DNA of 64,000 bases from Polyangiales bacterium (GTDB lineage: Bacteria; Myxococcota_A; Polyangia; Polyangiales; Ga0077539), in the NCBI GenBank assembly GCA_044229975.1, contig JBGARZ010000001.1, positions 32,001 through 96,000 of the forward strand, read 5' to 3'. This document shows positions 43,437 to 54,265 of this stretch, in pieces. A model generated the notes under the pieces. It saw only the letters and a list, made by a program, of their open reading frames with translations, did no database searches and was not told the origin of the DNA. The position numbers and the translations under genes are program-made. Position 1 is the stretch's first letter. Each line of letters starts with the position of its first letter.

Positions 43437-46130
43437 CTACGCCACGATCGTCTTCGCCTGCGCGAAGACCTCGTCGAGCTTTCCGCCATCGGGGCCGCCC
43501 GCGCTCGCCATGTCGGGCCGACCGCCGCCGCGACCGCCCACCACCGCCGCGAGGTGACCCACGATCTTGCCCGCCTGGTAGCTCGACGTGGCCTCCTTGG
43601 AGACCGCGACCACCAGCAGCGCCTTGCCCTCCGGGGTCGTCGCACCCACCACGACCACCGCGGGCGCGTGCTTGTCCCGCAGATGATCAGCCAGCTCGCG
43701 CAGCGCCTTCTCGTCGCCCATCGGGGCCCGCGCGATCACCAGGCTGCGGCCCTCCGGCAGCGCCTTCACCTCGGCCGCCCCGCCGCTCCCGCCCGTCATG
43801 AGCTGTCGCTTCAGGCCGTCGATCTCGCGTTGGAGCTCTCGCTCTCGCTCGACCGTCTTCTCGACCCGCGCGTTGAGCTCGCTGGGCGCGGCCTTCAGGG
43901 TCTCCGCCGCGCGCGCCACCGTGCTCGACAGCGAGCGCGTCAACGCCAGCACCCCGAGGCCCGTCACCGCCTCGATGCGCCGCACCCCGGAGCCGGGGCT
44001 GGTGTCTGACACGATCTTGAACAGACCGATGTCGCCGGTGCGCGAAGCGTGGGTGCCGCCGCACAGCTCGACGCTCTCGCGGCCGATGCGCAGCAGCCGC
44101 ACCTCGTCGCCGTACTTCTCCTCGAAGATCATCATCGCGCCCTTGGCGCGCGCCTCCGCCTGCGACGTCACTTCCGTCTGCACCGGCAGGTTGGCGAGCA
44201 CCTCGTCGTTCACGAGGTTCTCGATGCGGGTGACCTCGTCGGCGGTGAGCGCCTGCGTCGACGCGTAGTCGAAGCGCAGCCCCTCGGGCGAGACCTTCGA
44301 GCCCTTCTGCTGGGCGTGGTCGCCGAGCACCTTGCGCAGCGCCCAGTGCAGCAGGTGCGTCGCGCTGTGGTTGCGCCGCGTCGCCGAGCGCGCCTGCGAG
44401 TCAACCGTCAGCACGACCGCGTCGCCCACCGAGAGCGTGCCCGCCGTGACCGTCCCGAGGTGCACCACCAGCCCCGCCACGGGCTTGTGCGTGTCGTCCA
44501 CCTCGAACGACCCGCCCGCGTGCGCGATGGTCCCCACGTCGCCGACCTGGCCGCCCGACTCGCCATAGAACGGCGTTCGCGACGTGATCACCTGTGCCCG
44601 CGCCCCCGGCGCGAGCGACGGCACCGCCTCCAGCGTCCCGTCGGTTTCGACCGCGAAGAGGGCCACCACGCGTCCCTCGTCGACCTCCTTCGCGTAGCCC
44701 GTGAACTCCGTCGCTCCGTGCGTCGCCAGCGCGTCGCGGTGCTCGACGCGGACCCGCGCGTCCTTGCCCACGGGCCCATGACCACCGCCTCCCTTGCCGT
44801 CGTGCAGCTCCTTCGCGAGGCGGTACCCCTTCTCGTCGATGACGAACCCGCGCTCGATGCCGATCACCTGCAGGAGGTCGAGCGGGAAGCCGTAGGTCGA
44901 GTACAGGTCGAAGGCGAAGTCACCTGGCAGCACCCGCATCCCCGTGTCGGAGCTGCGCCAGTCCTCGAACTTCTCCAGTCGCTCCAGACCCGTCGGGATC
45001 GTCTTGCGGAAGCCCTCGTCCTCGGTGCGCGTCCACTTCAGGATGAAGTTCTTCTTCTCGACCAGCTCGGGGTAGGCCGCGCCCATGCGCTCGATGACCA
45101 GCTCGACCACCTTGTCGAAGCTCGGCTCGCGCAGCCCCTGGAGGTACGCAAAACGGACCGCCCGGCGCATCACCGACCGCAGCGCCGCGCCCCGCTCTTT
45201 ATTCGACGGGGTAATCCCCTCGGCCAGCGCGAAGGCCGCCATGCGCGCGTGATCGGCGATGACCCGGCACGCCGTGTCGAAGCTGTTCGCGGTGCCCGTG
45301 TAGGGCTTCCCACCGATCTCCGCCGCGCGCTCGACCAGCGGGCGCAGCAGGTCCGTGTCGTAGTTGCTGGTCACCCCCTGAATCACCGCGGTGATGCGCT
45401 CCAGGCCCATGCCCGTGTCCACGCTCTGCGCGGGCAACGGCACCAGCGGCCCGTCCTTCACCGCGCGGTTGAACTGCATGAAGACGTTGTTCCAGATCTC
45501 CATCCAGCCGGCGCCGTCGTGCGCGGGCTCGACCACGTTGAAGGCCGCGAGGTCGGGCTCGCCCGGACCCATGAAGTAGTGGATCTCGGTGCACGGACCG
45601 CACGGCCCCGTGTCACCCATCGTCCAGAAGTTGTCGGCGCGGCCGAGGCCGATGATGCGCTCGTCGCCGAAGCCGGTGACCTCCTTCCAGATCGCGCGCG
45701 CCTCGTCGTCGGCGGGCAGGCCCTCCTCGCCCTTGAACACCGTGATGACCAGGTGACTCTTGGGGAGCTTCCACACCTCGGTGAGCAGCTCCCACGCATA
45801 CGCAATGGCGTCGCGCTTGAAGTAGTCGCCGAAGGAGAAGTTGCCGAGCATCTCGAAGAAGGTGTGGTGCCGCGCCGTCTTGCCGACGTTGTCGAGGTCG
45901 TTGTGCTTGCCCGACATCCGCACGCACTTCTGGCTGCTCGTAGCGCGCGTGTACGGTCGCTTGTCTTCCCCGAGGAAGGCGTCCTTGAACTGCACCATCC
46001 CGGCGTTGGTGAAGAGCAGCGTGGGGTCGTTGCTGGGCTTCACCCCGGAGCTGGCGACCACCGTGTGGCCCTTCGCCTCGAAGAACTTCAGGAACTGCGA
46101 ACGGATCTCGTCGGAGGTTGGCTTCGTCAT
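43437..46130 (-). CDS. alaS: Alanine--tRNA ligase
   Basis: DPTLLFTNAGMVQFK, RHHTFFEMLGNFSFGDYFK, DTGMGLER, editing motifs NHSATHLLH and ELCGGTH, GGRGGGRPDMA. Confidence 0.99.
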   Translation of the reverse strand: MTKPTSDEIRSQFLKFFEAKGHTVVASSGVKPSNDPTLLFTNAGMVQFKDAFLGEDKRPYTRATSSQKCVRMSGKHNDLDNVGKTARHHTFFEMLGNFSFGDYFKRDAIAYAWELLTEVWKLPKSHLVITVFKGEEGLPADDEARAIWKEVTGFGDERIIGLGRADNFWTMGDTGPCGPCTEIHYFMGPGEPDLAAFNVVEPAHDGAGWMEIWNNVFMQFNRAVKDGPLVPLPAQSVDTGMGLERITAVIQGVTSNYDTDLLRPLVERAAEIGGKPYTGTANSFDTACRVIADHARMAAFALAEGITPSNKERGAALRSVMRRAVRFAYLQGLREPSFDKVVELVIERMGAAYPELVEKKNFILKWTRTEDEGFRKTIPTGLERLEKFEDWRSSDTGMRVLPGDFAFDLYSTYGFPLDLLQVIGIERGFVIDEKGYRLAKELHDGKGGGGHGPVGKDARVRVEHRDALATHGATEFTGYAKEVDEGRVVALFAVETDGTLEAVPSLAPGARAQVITSRTPFYGESGGQVGDVGTIAHAGGSFEVDDTHKPVAGLVVHLGTVTAGTLSVGDAVVLTVDSQARSATRRNHSATHLLHWALRKVLGDHAQQKGSKVSPEGLRFDYASTQALTADEVTRIENLVNDEVLANLPVQTEVTSQAEARAKGAMMIFEEKYGDEVRLLRIGRESVELCGGTHASRTGDIGLFKIVSDTSPGSGVRRIEAVTGLGVLALTRSLSSTVARAAETLKAAPSELNARVEKTVERERELQREIDGLKRQLMTGGSGGAAEVKALPEGRSLVIARAPMGDEKALRELADHLRDKHAPAVVVVGATTPEGKALLVVAVSKEATSSYQAGKIVGHLAAVVGGRGGGRPDMASAGGPDGGKLDEVFAQAKTIVA

Positions 46131-46184
46131 GGCTGCGGCCGGTGTGATTACCACCACCGCCGCGCACCCGCGAGGCTCCTGCGC

Positions 46185-47642
46185 TCAGCGAGGCCCGTAC
46201 GGATCGCCCGACGGCGGCGGCCTCGCCGGCGCGCCCGGCCCGAGGAACGCACTCCCCGTCGTCGCCGTCGTGTCCGGGCGTCGTGTGTGGTCGGCGCCGA
46301 AGTCGTAGGTCACCCCGAGGACGAAGCGCGTGTAGTCGTCCACCACGTCGCTCGCCGTGCCCAACGCAGCAGGACCCGCGTACGAAGTACGGTACCGAAC
46401 GAACTCCGCCGTGACCCGGAAACCCAGCCCCGGCGCGAAGCGGTCGAGGCGCGTCGCGAGGCCGAAGTGTGCGCCCAATCCGAAGGTGGTGCCGGGGTTG
46501 TCGCCGAAGGCTTCCTTCAGGTCGGCCCCGACCCCCACCCAGCGCAGCTCGCCGCCAAACAGCAGCCCCACGTCCACGTCGCGCCGCGCATAGAACGGGA
46601 TCATCCCCTCGCCCGCGACCCGCAGCCCGATGTAGCTCGTGAGCGCGAGCTGCATCTCCCGCGGCAGCCGCGCCGTGTCGATGTCGAAGGTCTGGAGCAC
46701 CATGCCCGCGCTGAAGCGCATCATCCCGCCGCCCGCGGGGCGCGACGCCAGCGTGAGCCCGAGGATGGTCTCCAACCCCGACGTGGCGAGCGGCACCGTG
46801 CGTCCATCCACATCGCGCCCGAGCGACGAGAGACCCACGGGCACCCCGATGGACGCCTCGCCGCCGAAGCCCATGCGCTGGTGGTTGAAGCGGTAGAGCA
46901 GCACCGCCGCGGCTTGCAGCTCGCCGAACATGTTGTTGTCGTAGCCGCGCGTCGTCCGCTCGCCCAATACGGGGACGCGCCACGATCGACCGGCGATGCC
47001 GCCGCCCACCCGGAGCTGGAGAAACCCGAGGCCCGGCACGTCGCTCGGTGCATCCTCCGCGGGCGCCGGCGCAGCGCCCGGACGTCGACCGCCACCCTCC
47101 ACCCGCGGCGCCGACGAACCGTTGTCACGGCTGCCGTTGCCCGTCACCGGGGTCCCTGTGTCGCGCGCCGGAACCTGTCGCAGCCCGGGCGACAGCCGCT
47201 CCCAGATGTCGTTGCCGAGCGCCTGGATCTCCTCGATGCGATCGAAGTCCCACGAGCGCGTGACGGTCGCGGCGCCATCGACGCCGCGCATCACCTTGAG
47301 CATCAGCCGATAGCCGCGGTTCGGGCGACGTTCGAGGAAGCCCGTGACCACCGCGTCGAGGCGCAGCTCGCGCGAGACCGCCACCACCGCCGCCTCGTCG
47401 GCCTGCCCCGCCACGCCCAACCGATCGGCCGTCGCGTTGTACTCGCCCAGCGCGCAGAGCTCGATCTCCCCCACGTGGTCGCTGAACATGCTCGCGACCA
47501 TGCCGCGCGTGATGGCCGACCGCTCTCCCGTGAAGGGCCCCACCGCCACCCGCACCACCCGCGTCTGCTGCGCGCGGACCTCCGCCGGGGCCACCATCGC
47601 CACCAGCACGCCGCACACCACGCTCGCCGACCAGGGCCTCAT
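46185..47642 (-). CDS. Hypothetical outer-membrane protein (alpha/beta N-domain plus beta-barrel)
   Basis: Signal peptide, VRVAVGPF...LDAVVTG (CsgG/TolB-N-like), linker, many amphipathic strands ending VLGVTYDF. Confidence 0.75.
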   Translation of the reverse strand: MRPWSASVVCGVLVAMVAPAEVRAQQTRVVRVAVGPFTGERSAITRGMVASMFSDHVGEIELCALGEYNATADRLGVAGQADEAAVVAVSRELRLDAVVTGFLERRPNRGYRLMLKVMRGVDGAATVTRSWDFDRIEEIQALGNDIWERLSPGLRQVPARDTGTPVTGNGSRDNGSSAPRVEGGGRRPGAAPAPAEDAPSDVPGLGFLQLRVGGGIAGRSWRVPVLGERTTRGYDNNMFGELQAAAVLLYRFNHQRMGFGGEASIGVPVGLSSLGRDVDGRTVPLATSGLETILGLTLASRPAGGGMMRFSAGMVLQTFDIDTARLPREMQLALTSYIGLRVAGEGMIPFYARRDVDVGLLFGGELRWVGVGADLKEAFGDNPGTTFGLGAHFGLATRLDRFAPGLGFRVTAEFVRYRTSYAGPAALGTASDVVDDYTRFVLGVTYDFGADHTRRPDTTATTGSAFLGPGAPARPPPSGDPYGPR

Positions 47643-47689
47643 CGCGGCGCAACCTATCACCCGCCGCGCTCCCGACGGAACCGCATCCC

Positions 47690-48373
47690 TCACCCGCGCG
47701 AAGCCTTCTCCGCGAGCCCCGACACCCCGCGACGCTTCGCCAGCACCGCCAGCACCGCGCGCCACGACACCCGCCGCGAGACCAGCGCCACGAGCGCATG
47801 AAACACCACGTCCGCGGCCTCCGAGGCCACCCGGTCGTCGGCCTCCGAAGCCACCGCGCGCGCGAGCTCGTCGGCCTCCTCCCGCAGCTTCTCTCCGATG
47901 CGACCTGCGCCCGCGTCGAGGAGCTGCCGCGTGTACGAACGCCCCGTCGACGAGTCATCCCGCCGACGCGCGTCGAGCGTCTCCCACAGCGCATCGACCT
48001 CGGGCAGCGGGCGCGCGCCCTCCTCCCACCGCGCGTCACCCCAGCGGCGGAAGAAGCACGACGGCGCGCCGGTGTGGCAGCTCGGCCCCGCGGGGTCGAC
48101 CTTCAACAGCACCGTGTCGCCGTCGCAGTCGAGCAGCAGCTCCCTCACCCGCAGCACGTGTCCGCTCGTCGCGCCCTTCACCCACAGCTCGCCGCGCGAG
48201 CGCGACCAGAACGTCGCGACGCCCGTTCGGGTCGTCTCCACGAGCGCCTCGCGGTTCATGTACGCGAGCATGCGAACCTCGCCGGTGAGGGCGTCCTGGG
48301 CGATGGCAGGGACGAGGCCCTGCGCGTCGAAGGTCACGGTGCGCAGCAGGTCGGCGGTGTCGTCGGGCGTCAT
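47690..48373 (-). CDS. hisIE: Bifunctional phosphoribosyl-AMP cyclohydrolase / phosphoribosyl-ATP pyrophosphatase
   Basis: [59 protein letters not shown]. Confidence 0.96.
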   Translation of the reverse strand: MTPDDTADLLRTVTFDAQGLVPAIAQDALTGEVRMLAYMNREALVETTRTGVATFWSRSRGELWVKGATSGHVLRVRELLLDCDGDTVLLKVDPAGPSCHTGAPSCFFRRWGDARWEEGARPLPEVDALWETLDARRRDDSSTGRSYTRQLLDAGAGRIGEKLREEADELARAVASEADDRVASEAADVVFHALVALVSRRVSWRAVLAVLAKRRGVSGLAEKASRG

Positions 48374-48452
48374 GCGCGGGGTTGTACCGCAACGACCTCC
48401 GCCGGCGGTGACGCTCGCGAGGCCGTGATAGCGTCGGCGCCCGGTACGCACG

Positions 48453-49607
48453 ATGAAAGCCCAGCCCGGTCTCGCGTCTCTCTGCCGTTCGCTGCTCGTC
48501 CTCCTCGCGCTGAGCACCGTCGCGTGTGCGACGGGCGAGGTCACGGGCGCTGAAGACGATGCGGGCCCTGTCACCGACAACGACCGCCCTGCGGCGGCGC
48601 AGGATGGCGGGTTCACCATCGACCTGTTCAACCCGCTCGAAGAGGACATCGGTGGCGGGACGACGGACGTGGGCACGACGGGCACGGACGTCGGCACCAT
48701 GGGCACCGACGCGGGGAGCGTCGGCGTAGACGTGGGCTCGACGGATACCGGGACGCGCGACGTGGGGACAACCGACGCGGGGACCGCGGATGCCGGGACG
48801 CCCGACAGCGGCGCTCGCGATGTCGGGACCACCGACGTGGGCGGATGCTCGATGGGTGAGAGCGCGTGCGGAGGCGGCTGCGTCGACCTGCAACACGACG
48901 CGCGCAACTGCGGGAGCTGCGGGCGCGCCTGTGGCGAGGTCGAAGCGTGCACCGACGGCACATGCACGAGTACATGTGCCGCGCCCCGTACGCTCTGCGG
49001 AACGGGTGCGAGCACGCGCTGCGTCGACACTCGAACGGACGTCGAAAACTGCGGAGCGTGCGGGACGGGGTGCGGCATGGGACGCGCCTGCACCGCAGGG
49101 AGCTGCGCGGCGGCGGCGTGCATGACCTCCGCTTCGGACTGCAACGGCAACACCGCGGACGGATGCGAGGTCGTCCACAACACGGCGGTCAACACCTGCG
49201 CCACGCCGATCAGCCTCGGCGCCTACTGCGGGGACACCCGCTGCGGAACGTTCTGTCCCGGCACCTCACAACGAATCGTGAGCACACAAACGGGCACACG
49301 GTCGCAGTGGTTTCGCGTCCGCATCACCGAGTGTTCCAGCTGCCCGGCGTCGCTCAATGCTCGCGTCCGTTTGCAGGTTCCGGCGGGAGTCGACTACGAC
49401 CTGTTCACATACAGCTCGTGCGGCAATCTCGTTGGTAGCTCGCAGCGGCTCGCCGGGGTGACCGACGAGATCACCGTCACTGGCGGTGGATCTTTTGGGA
49501 GCGACAGCTCCGACGTGATCATCGAGGTGCGGTGGTTCAGCGGTGCGTCGTGCATGCCCTGGACACTCACCGTCGAAGCGCGCGCCAACAACGGCACCAA
49601 CTGCTGA
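48453..49607 (+). CDS. Cys-rich lipoprotein with TD(V/A)G stalk and C-terminal PPC-like domain
   Basis: Lipobox TVA-C; repeats C.D...[28 protein letters not shown]. Confidence 0.85.
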   Translation: MKAQPGLASLCRSLLVLLALSTVACATGEVTGAEDDAGPVTDNDRPAAAQDGGFTIDLFNPLEEDIGGGTTDVGTTGTDVGTMGTDAGSVGVDVGSTDTGTRDVGTTDAGTADAGTPDSGARDVGTTDVGGCSMGESACGGGCVDLQHDARNCGSCGRACGEVEACTDGTCTSTCAAPRTLCGTGASTRCVDTRTDVENCGACGTGCGMGRACTAGSCAAAACMTSASDCNGNTADGCEVVHNTAVNTCATPISLGAYCGDTRCGTFCPGTSQRIVSTQTGTRSQWFRVRITECSSCPASLNARVRLQVPAGVDYDLFTYSSCGNLVGSSQRLAGVTDEITVTGGGSFGSDSSDVIIEVRWFSGASCMPWTLTVEARANNGTNC

Positions 49608-49628
49608 TGGCATGAACCGTCACTTCGC

Positions 49629-49658
49629 TTGACGCGAGGCGCGGCGCCCCCCTACCCT
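49629..49658 (+). promoter_or_regulatory. Putative sigma70-type promoter for the diguanylate cyclase
   Basis: TTGACG-N18-TACCCT upstream of ATG 49674. Confidence 0.5.
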
Positions 49659-49673
49659 TTTCCCTGCTCTCTG

Positions 49674-50609
49674 ATGACCGACCCCAAGGATCACCCCGAA
49701 CTCCGCAACGAGGCGTCCTGGCAGGTCCAGACCCAGGTGCTGCGCGCGGAGCCGGGGATGGTCCCGCACACGGGAGGGTCGGACTGTCTCGTGGTGATCT
49801 ACACCCGTGAGGGTCGTGGTCCGCTCGGCAAGCGCATCCCCCTCGACGGGCCGGCGCACGAGCTCACCATCGGGCGCGACGTACAGAACTCCCTGGTGCT
49901 GGAGTTCGAGGGCGTGTCGCGCCGCCACGCGCGCCTCGCCAAGCGCGACGGCGTCTGGTGGGTGCACGACAACAACTCCACCAACGGCACCTACGTCAAC
50001 GACCTGCTCACCCGCGAGACGCCGCTCCGCAACGGCGACCGCGTGAAGGTCGGCGACGTCATCCTCAAGTATCTCTCGGCGGGTGACCTCGAGTCGGAGT
50101 TCATCGAGACCATCTCGCAGATGATGGTCACCGACGGTCTCACCCAGGCGGCCAACAAGCGGCACCTCACCGAGAAGATCACCGACGAACTCAACCGCTC
50201 CGCGCGCCATGGTCGGCCGCTCTCGCTGGTGATGTTCGACGTCGACCACTTCAAGAAGGTCAACGACAGCTACGGCCACGTCGCGGGCGACGTCGTGCTC
50301 AAGGAGATCGCCTCGCTCGTGCGCAGCCGCGTGCGGCGCAACGAGGTCTTCGGGCGCTACGGCGGCGAGGAGTTTGCGCTGCTGCTGCCCGAGACGACCC
50401 TCCAGGGCGCGGTCACCCTCGCGCAGGAGCTGTGCGTGCTCGTCGGCTCGACGCCGTTTCTCTTCGACCGCACCCGCATCCCGGTGACCATCTCCCTCGG
50501 CGTCGCGCAGTGGAACCCCGCCATCCGCACCACCGACGAGTTCATCCGGATGGCCGACGCCAAGCTCTATCAAGCGAAGCGCGACGGGCGAAACCGCGTC
50601 TGCGCCTGA
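49674..50609 (+). CDS. FHA-domain diguanylate cyclase
   Basis: FHA motifs [59 protein letters not shown]. Confidence 0.95.
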   Translation: MTDPKDHPELRNEASWQVQTQVLRAEPGMVPHTGGSDCLVVIYTREGRGPLGKRIPLDGPAHELTIGRDVQNSLVLEFEGVSRRHARLAKRDGVWWVHDNNSTNGTYVNDLLTRETPLRNGDRVKVGDVILKYLSAGDLESEFIETISQMMVTDGLTQAANKRHLTEKITDELNRSARHGRPLSLVMFDVDHFKKVNDSYGHVAGDVVLKEIASLVRSRVRRNEVFGRYGGEEFALLLPETTLQGAVTLAQELCVLVGSTPFLFDRTRIPVTISLGVAQWNPAIRTTDEFIRMADAKLYQAKRDGRNRVCA

Positions 50610-50679
50610 CGCTCGCTCGACGGTCACACCTCAGGGCGTGAGTTGGACTAAGGTGCCTCCCCCGGAGGTTCCGCCGACC

Positions 50680-51663
50680 ATGTCACAGATCTTCGCCGAC
50701 AACTCACGCAGCATCGGCCACACGCCGCTGGTCAAGATCAACCGCCTCACCAAGGGGATGCACGCCACCGTGCTGGCCAAGATCGAGGGGCGCAACCCGG
50801 CCTACTCGGTGAAGTGCCGCATCGGCGCCTCCATGGTGTGGGACGCCGAAGAGCGCGGCGTGCTCAAGCCCGGCAAGACCATCGTCGAGGCCACCAGCGG
50901 CAACACCGGCATCGCGCTCGCCTTCGCCGCCGCCTCGCGCGGTTACCCCTGCGTGCTCACCATGCCCGAGACCATGAGCATCGAGCGCCGCAAGGTGCTC
51001 GTCGCCTTCGGCGCCACCCTGGTGCTCACGCCCGGCCCGCAAGGGATGAAGGGCGCCATCGCCAAGGCCGAAGAGCTCGCCGCGACCGAGCCCGACAAGT
51101 ACGTGCTGATGCGGCAGTTCGAAAACCCCGCCAACCCCGCCATCCACGAGCGCACCACCGGGCCCGAGATCTGGGAAGACACCGACGGCCTCGTCGACGT
51201 GCTCGTGTGCGGCGTCGGCACCGGCGGCACCATCACCGGCGTCTCGCGCTACCTCAAGAACACCCGCGGCAAGGCCATCACCGCCGTCGCCGTCGAGCCC
51301 GCCCACTCGCCCGTCATCACGCAGACCATCGCGGGGCAGGCGCTCGTCCCGGGGCCACACAAGATCCAGGGCATCGGCGCGGGCTTCGTCCCAAAGAACC
51401 TCGACCTCGGCATCGTCGACCGCGTCGAGCAGGTGACCAACGACGAGTCCATCGCCATGGCCCGCCGCCTCGCACGCGAAGAGGGCATCCTCTGCGGCAT
51501 CTCGTGCGGCGCCGCGATGGTGGGCGCCCTGCGCCTCGCCGCCGAGCCCGCCAACGCCGGCAAGACCATCGTGGTGGTGCTGCCCGACGCGGGCGAGCGC
51601 TACCTCACCGGCGCGCTCTTCGAGGGGATGTTCGAAGGCGTGGAGAAGGCCACCGCGCAATGA
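50680..51663 (+). CDS. cysK: Cysteine synthase A (O-acetylserine sulfhydrylase)
   Basis: [11 protein letters not shown] (PLP Lys), [34 protein letters not shown]. Confidence 0.97.
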   Translation: MSQIFADNSRSIGHTPLVKINRLTKGMHATVLAKIEGRNPAYSVKCRIGASMVWDAEERGVLKPGKTIVEATSGNTGIALAFAAASRGYPCVLTMPETMSIERRKVLVAFGATLVLTPGPQGMKGAIAKAEELAATEPDKYVLMRQFENPANPAIHERTTGPEIWEDTDGLVDVLVCGVGTGGTITGVSRYLKNTRGKAITAVAVEPAHSPVITQTIAGQALVPGPHKIQGIGAGFVPKNLDLGIVDRVEQVTNDESIAMARRLAREEGILCGISCGAAMVGALRLAAEPANAGKTIVVVLPDAGERYLTGALFEGMFEGVEKATAQ

Positions 51664-52637
51664 GCGACGGGGTCGGAGGCATCGACGGCGTGGTCGAGGC
51701 GCTGCTGGCGAGCTACCGCGACGACGCGCGCGGGCAACGCATCGGGCGGAGGTTTCTGCCGTCGCGGGAGGAGATCATCGCGACGGCGCGGCTCTTCTTC
51801 GAGCTCTTCTACCCCGGCTACTACGGCCGGCAGGACCTCACCGCCGACACCCTCCGCTACCACCTCGGCACGCTGCTCTCGACGCTTCGGCAGAAGCTCT
51901 CCCACCAGATCGAGCAGTGCCTCTGCTTCACCGCCGAGTCCGAGGGGTTGCCCGAAGACCTCCCCGGCTGCGGCGAGCACGCGGTGAAGCTGACCGACCG
52001 GCTCATCGCGCGCATCCCGGCGCTGCGCGCGACGCTGCTCGTCGACGTGCAGGCCGCCATGGACGGCGACCCGGCGGCGTCGAGCCTCGACGAGGTGATC
52101 CTGTCGTACCCGGGGCTGATGGCGGTGACGGTGCATCGCGTGGCGCACGAGCTGTGGGAGATGGGCGTCCCGCTGATGCCGCGCATCATGTCCGAGTGGG
52201 CGCACGCGCAGACCGGCGCGGACATCCACCCCGGCGCCACCATCGGCCCGCGCTTCTTCATCGACCACGCGACGGGCGTGGTCGTGGGCGAGACGAGCCA
52301 CCTCGGGGCCGACGTGAAGATGTACCAGGGCGTCACGCTCGGCGCGCTCTCGCACCCGCGCGACGAAAACGGCCGCGTCATCCGCAACGTGAAGCGGCAC
52401 CCCACCGTGGAGGACGGCGTCACGCTCTACGCCAACGCCACCGTCCTCGGCGGCAGCACCGTCGTCGGCGAGGGCAGCGTGCTCGGCGGCTCGGTCTTCG
52501 TGACGAGGAGCGTTCCGCCGGGGTCGCGCGTCGCGATGAAGCCGCCGGAGCTGCGGGTGCAGCCGCCGGGCGGCGGGAAGAGCGCGCCGTTGCTCAGCGC
52601 CTCTCTCCCCGACAACCTCCCCGACTTCGAGATCTGA
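51660..52637 (+). CDS. cysE: Serine O-acetyltransferase (long EpsC-type)
   Basis: [53 protein letters not shown]; ends in DFEI; ATGA overlap with cysK. Confidence 0.96.
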   Translation: MSDGVGGIDGVVEALLASYRDDARGQRIGRRFLPSREEIIATARLFFELFYPGYYGRQDLTADTLRYHLGTLLSTLRQKLSHQIEQCLCFTAESEGLPEDLPGCGEHAVKLTDRLIARIPALRATLLVDVQAAMDGDPAASSLDEVILSYPGLMAVTVHRVAHELWEMGVPLMPRIMSEWAHAQTGADIHPGATIGPRFFIDHATGVVVGETSHLGADVKMYQGVTLGALSHPRDENGRVIRNVKRHPTVEDGVTLYANATVLGGSTVVGEGSVLGGSVFVTRSVPPGSRVAMKPPELRVQPPGGGKSAPLLSASLPDNLPDFEI

Positions 52638-52640
52638 CCT

Positions 52641-53777
52641 TCAGTCGCAGATGCGTTCGAGGCAGCGCCCCTGCGCGCCGCCGCTGCACTCGCCCGACAG
52701 GCACGCCGAGTCGCCCGTGCACGCGGCGCCCGCGGCGAGCTTGGCCTGGCAGGTCATCGTGGTGCTGTTGCAGTAGAGCCCCGGCTGGCACGACTGGAAG
52801 AAGTCGCCGCCCTGGCAGGGGGCGTTGGCGGTGCCGTCGCCCACGCGCTCGCAGGTCATGGTGGCGTTGCAGCGCAGACCCAGCAGCGGGTTGCAGTAGC
52901 CCGTCTGGCCGCGCATGTCGCAGGCGCCTCCGACGGTGTCGACCACGGTCACGCGGCGGCAGGTCGTGGTGGTGGTGCCGGCCGAGGCCACACACGCGAG
53001 CCCGGAGGGGCAGGCGTCAGCGCGGGTGCACGGCGCGCCCGCGGTGAGGTTGCGACGGCAGGTGCCGACGTTGTTGGTGACGTTGGCGCAGTAGAGCCCC
53101 GCGCCGCAGGCGATGAGGGTGACGGCGTTGGTTCCGTTGGGGACGCTGCCGCACTGGGCGCCTTCGACGGCGGTCGCGCCGACCGTGCCGTCGCGACAAG
53201 TGGCGTCGCACACCGCGACGTGGTTGGCGGGGACGAGGCACTGCCGGGCGCTGGTGCACGTCGCGCCGGGCGCGAGCTGCGCGCGGCAGGTGCCCGGGCA
53301 GGTGAGCGGGTCGGCGCCGCCGCTGTGGTCGCAGAAGGTGCCCGCGGCGCACTCGATGTTGCGCCAGCAGCCGCCGCCCGCGGCGATGGTTCCGGTGAGG
53401 GCGCTGGGACAGAGCTGCGCGGTGTCGAGGTCGTCGACCGAACAGCTCGCCGCGAGGCGATCGAGGCACTGCCGGGCGGCCGCGCCGTCGAGGCGCACGC
53501 GGCCCGCTCGGATGGACGCCACGAGGTCGTCGAACTGCGCCGCCCCGAAGGTTCGGATGCGCTCGGCGCAGACCGTCGGGTTCTCGAAGAAGGCCTGCGC
53601 GGTCGCCGTGTTCTCCGAGCCGGGGCAGAGGAAGAGCGAGCGGCACGCGGCGCTGGCGTATTCGGTGGGCAGCGTGTCAGCGGTGACGACCGCGCCGGTG
53701 GTGTTGGGGCCGCCCGTGGTGTCGGAGCAGGCGAGTGGGATCAGCGCGGCGACAACGAGAACGAAGGGGTGACGCAT
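52641..53777 (-). CDS. Cys-rich lipoprotein (Dickkopf-like/EB-type repeats)
   Basis: Lipobox PLA-C; GRVRLD..AA.QCL; multiple G..C.....C..G..C repeats. Confidence 0.82.
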   Translation of the reverse strand: MRHPFVLVVAALIPLACSDTTGGPNTTGAVVTADTLPTEYASAACRSLFLCPGSENTATAQAFFENPTVCAERIRTFGAAQFDDLVASIRAGRVRLDGAAARQCLDRLAASCSVDDLDTAQLCPSALTGTIAAGGGCWRNIECAAGTFCDHSGGADPLTCPGTCRAQLAPGATCTSARQCLVPANHVAVCDATCRDGTVGATAVEGAQCGSVPNGTNAVTLIACGAGLYCANVTNNVGTCRRNLTAGAPCTRADACPSGLACVASAGTTTTTCRRVTVVDTVGGACDMRGQTGYCNPLLGLRCNATMTCERVGDGTANAPCQGGDFFQSCQPGLYCNSTTMTCQAKLAAGAACTGDSACLSGECSGGAQGRCLERICD

Positions 53778-53818
53778 GGGCCGCAGCTTCGGGCGATCGC
53801 CCGCAGGTGGCAACAGGG

Positions 53819-54262
53819 TCAGCGCGCGAGACGACGGTGGTCGACCATCAGACAGCGGTCTTGCACCACGTTGATGCCGTGCGCGCGGAGCGCGTCGCAG
53901 AAGCCGTCGTGGCGGATGCCGCTCTGCAACCACACGGCGCGCGGCCTCGCGGCGAGCAGGTCGTCGAGGTGCGCCATGAGGTCGGCGGGGCGACGGAAGA
54001 CGTCCACCAGATCGACCGCGCCGGGGATGGCGGCGACGGAGCGGTACACCGGCTGCCCCAGGATGGCGGTCACCTCGGGGTAGTAGACGGGCACGGGCAC
54101 CACCGTGACGCCCGCCGACGCGAGGTACGAGGGCACGTAGAACGACGCCTGATCGGACTGCGCCTCGGTCTTGATGCCGAGCACCGCGACGCGCTTCACG
54201 TCACGGAGGAGCGCGCGGATCTCATCGTCGGTGTGGAGCTCGCGGCCGGTGATGGGAGCCAT
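53819..54262 (-). CDS. CoA-binding protein (YccU family)
   Basis: RVAVLG, YVPSYL, VDLVDVFRR, AVWLQSGI, VVQDRCLMVDH. Confidence 0.93.
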   Translation of the reverse strand: MAPITGRELHTDDEIRALLRDVKRVAVLGIKTEAQSDQASFYVPSYLASAGVTVVPVPVYYPEVTAILGQPVYRSVAAIPGAVDLVDVFRRPADLMAHLDDLLAARPRAVWLQSGIRHDGFCDALRAHGINVVQDRCLMVDHRRLAR

Positions 54263-54265
54263 GGA

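Noticed and set aside
44049..47801. 1250-aa plus-strand ORF, and similar long ORFs at 10275-13547, 21087-23948, 33203-35227, 373-1884 and 7817-9727
   Set aside because: Antisense shadows of well-supported genes (alaS and others), caused by stop-codon scarcity at high GC; Arg/Ala/Gly-rich with no recognisable motifs.
48435..48450. sigma54 GG-N10-GC motif before the lipoprotein at 48453
   Set aside because: It ends only a few nt from the ATG, too close for a -12 box, and the flanking consensus is poor.
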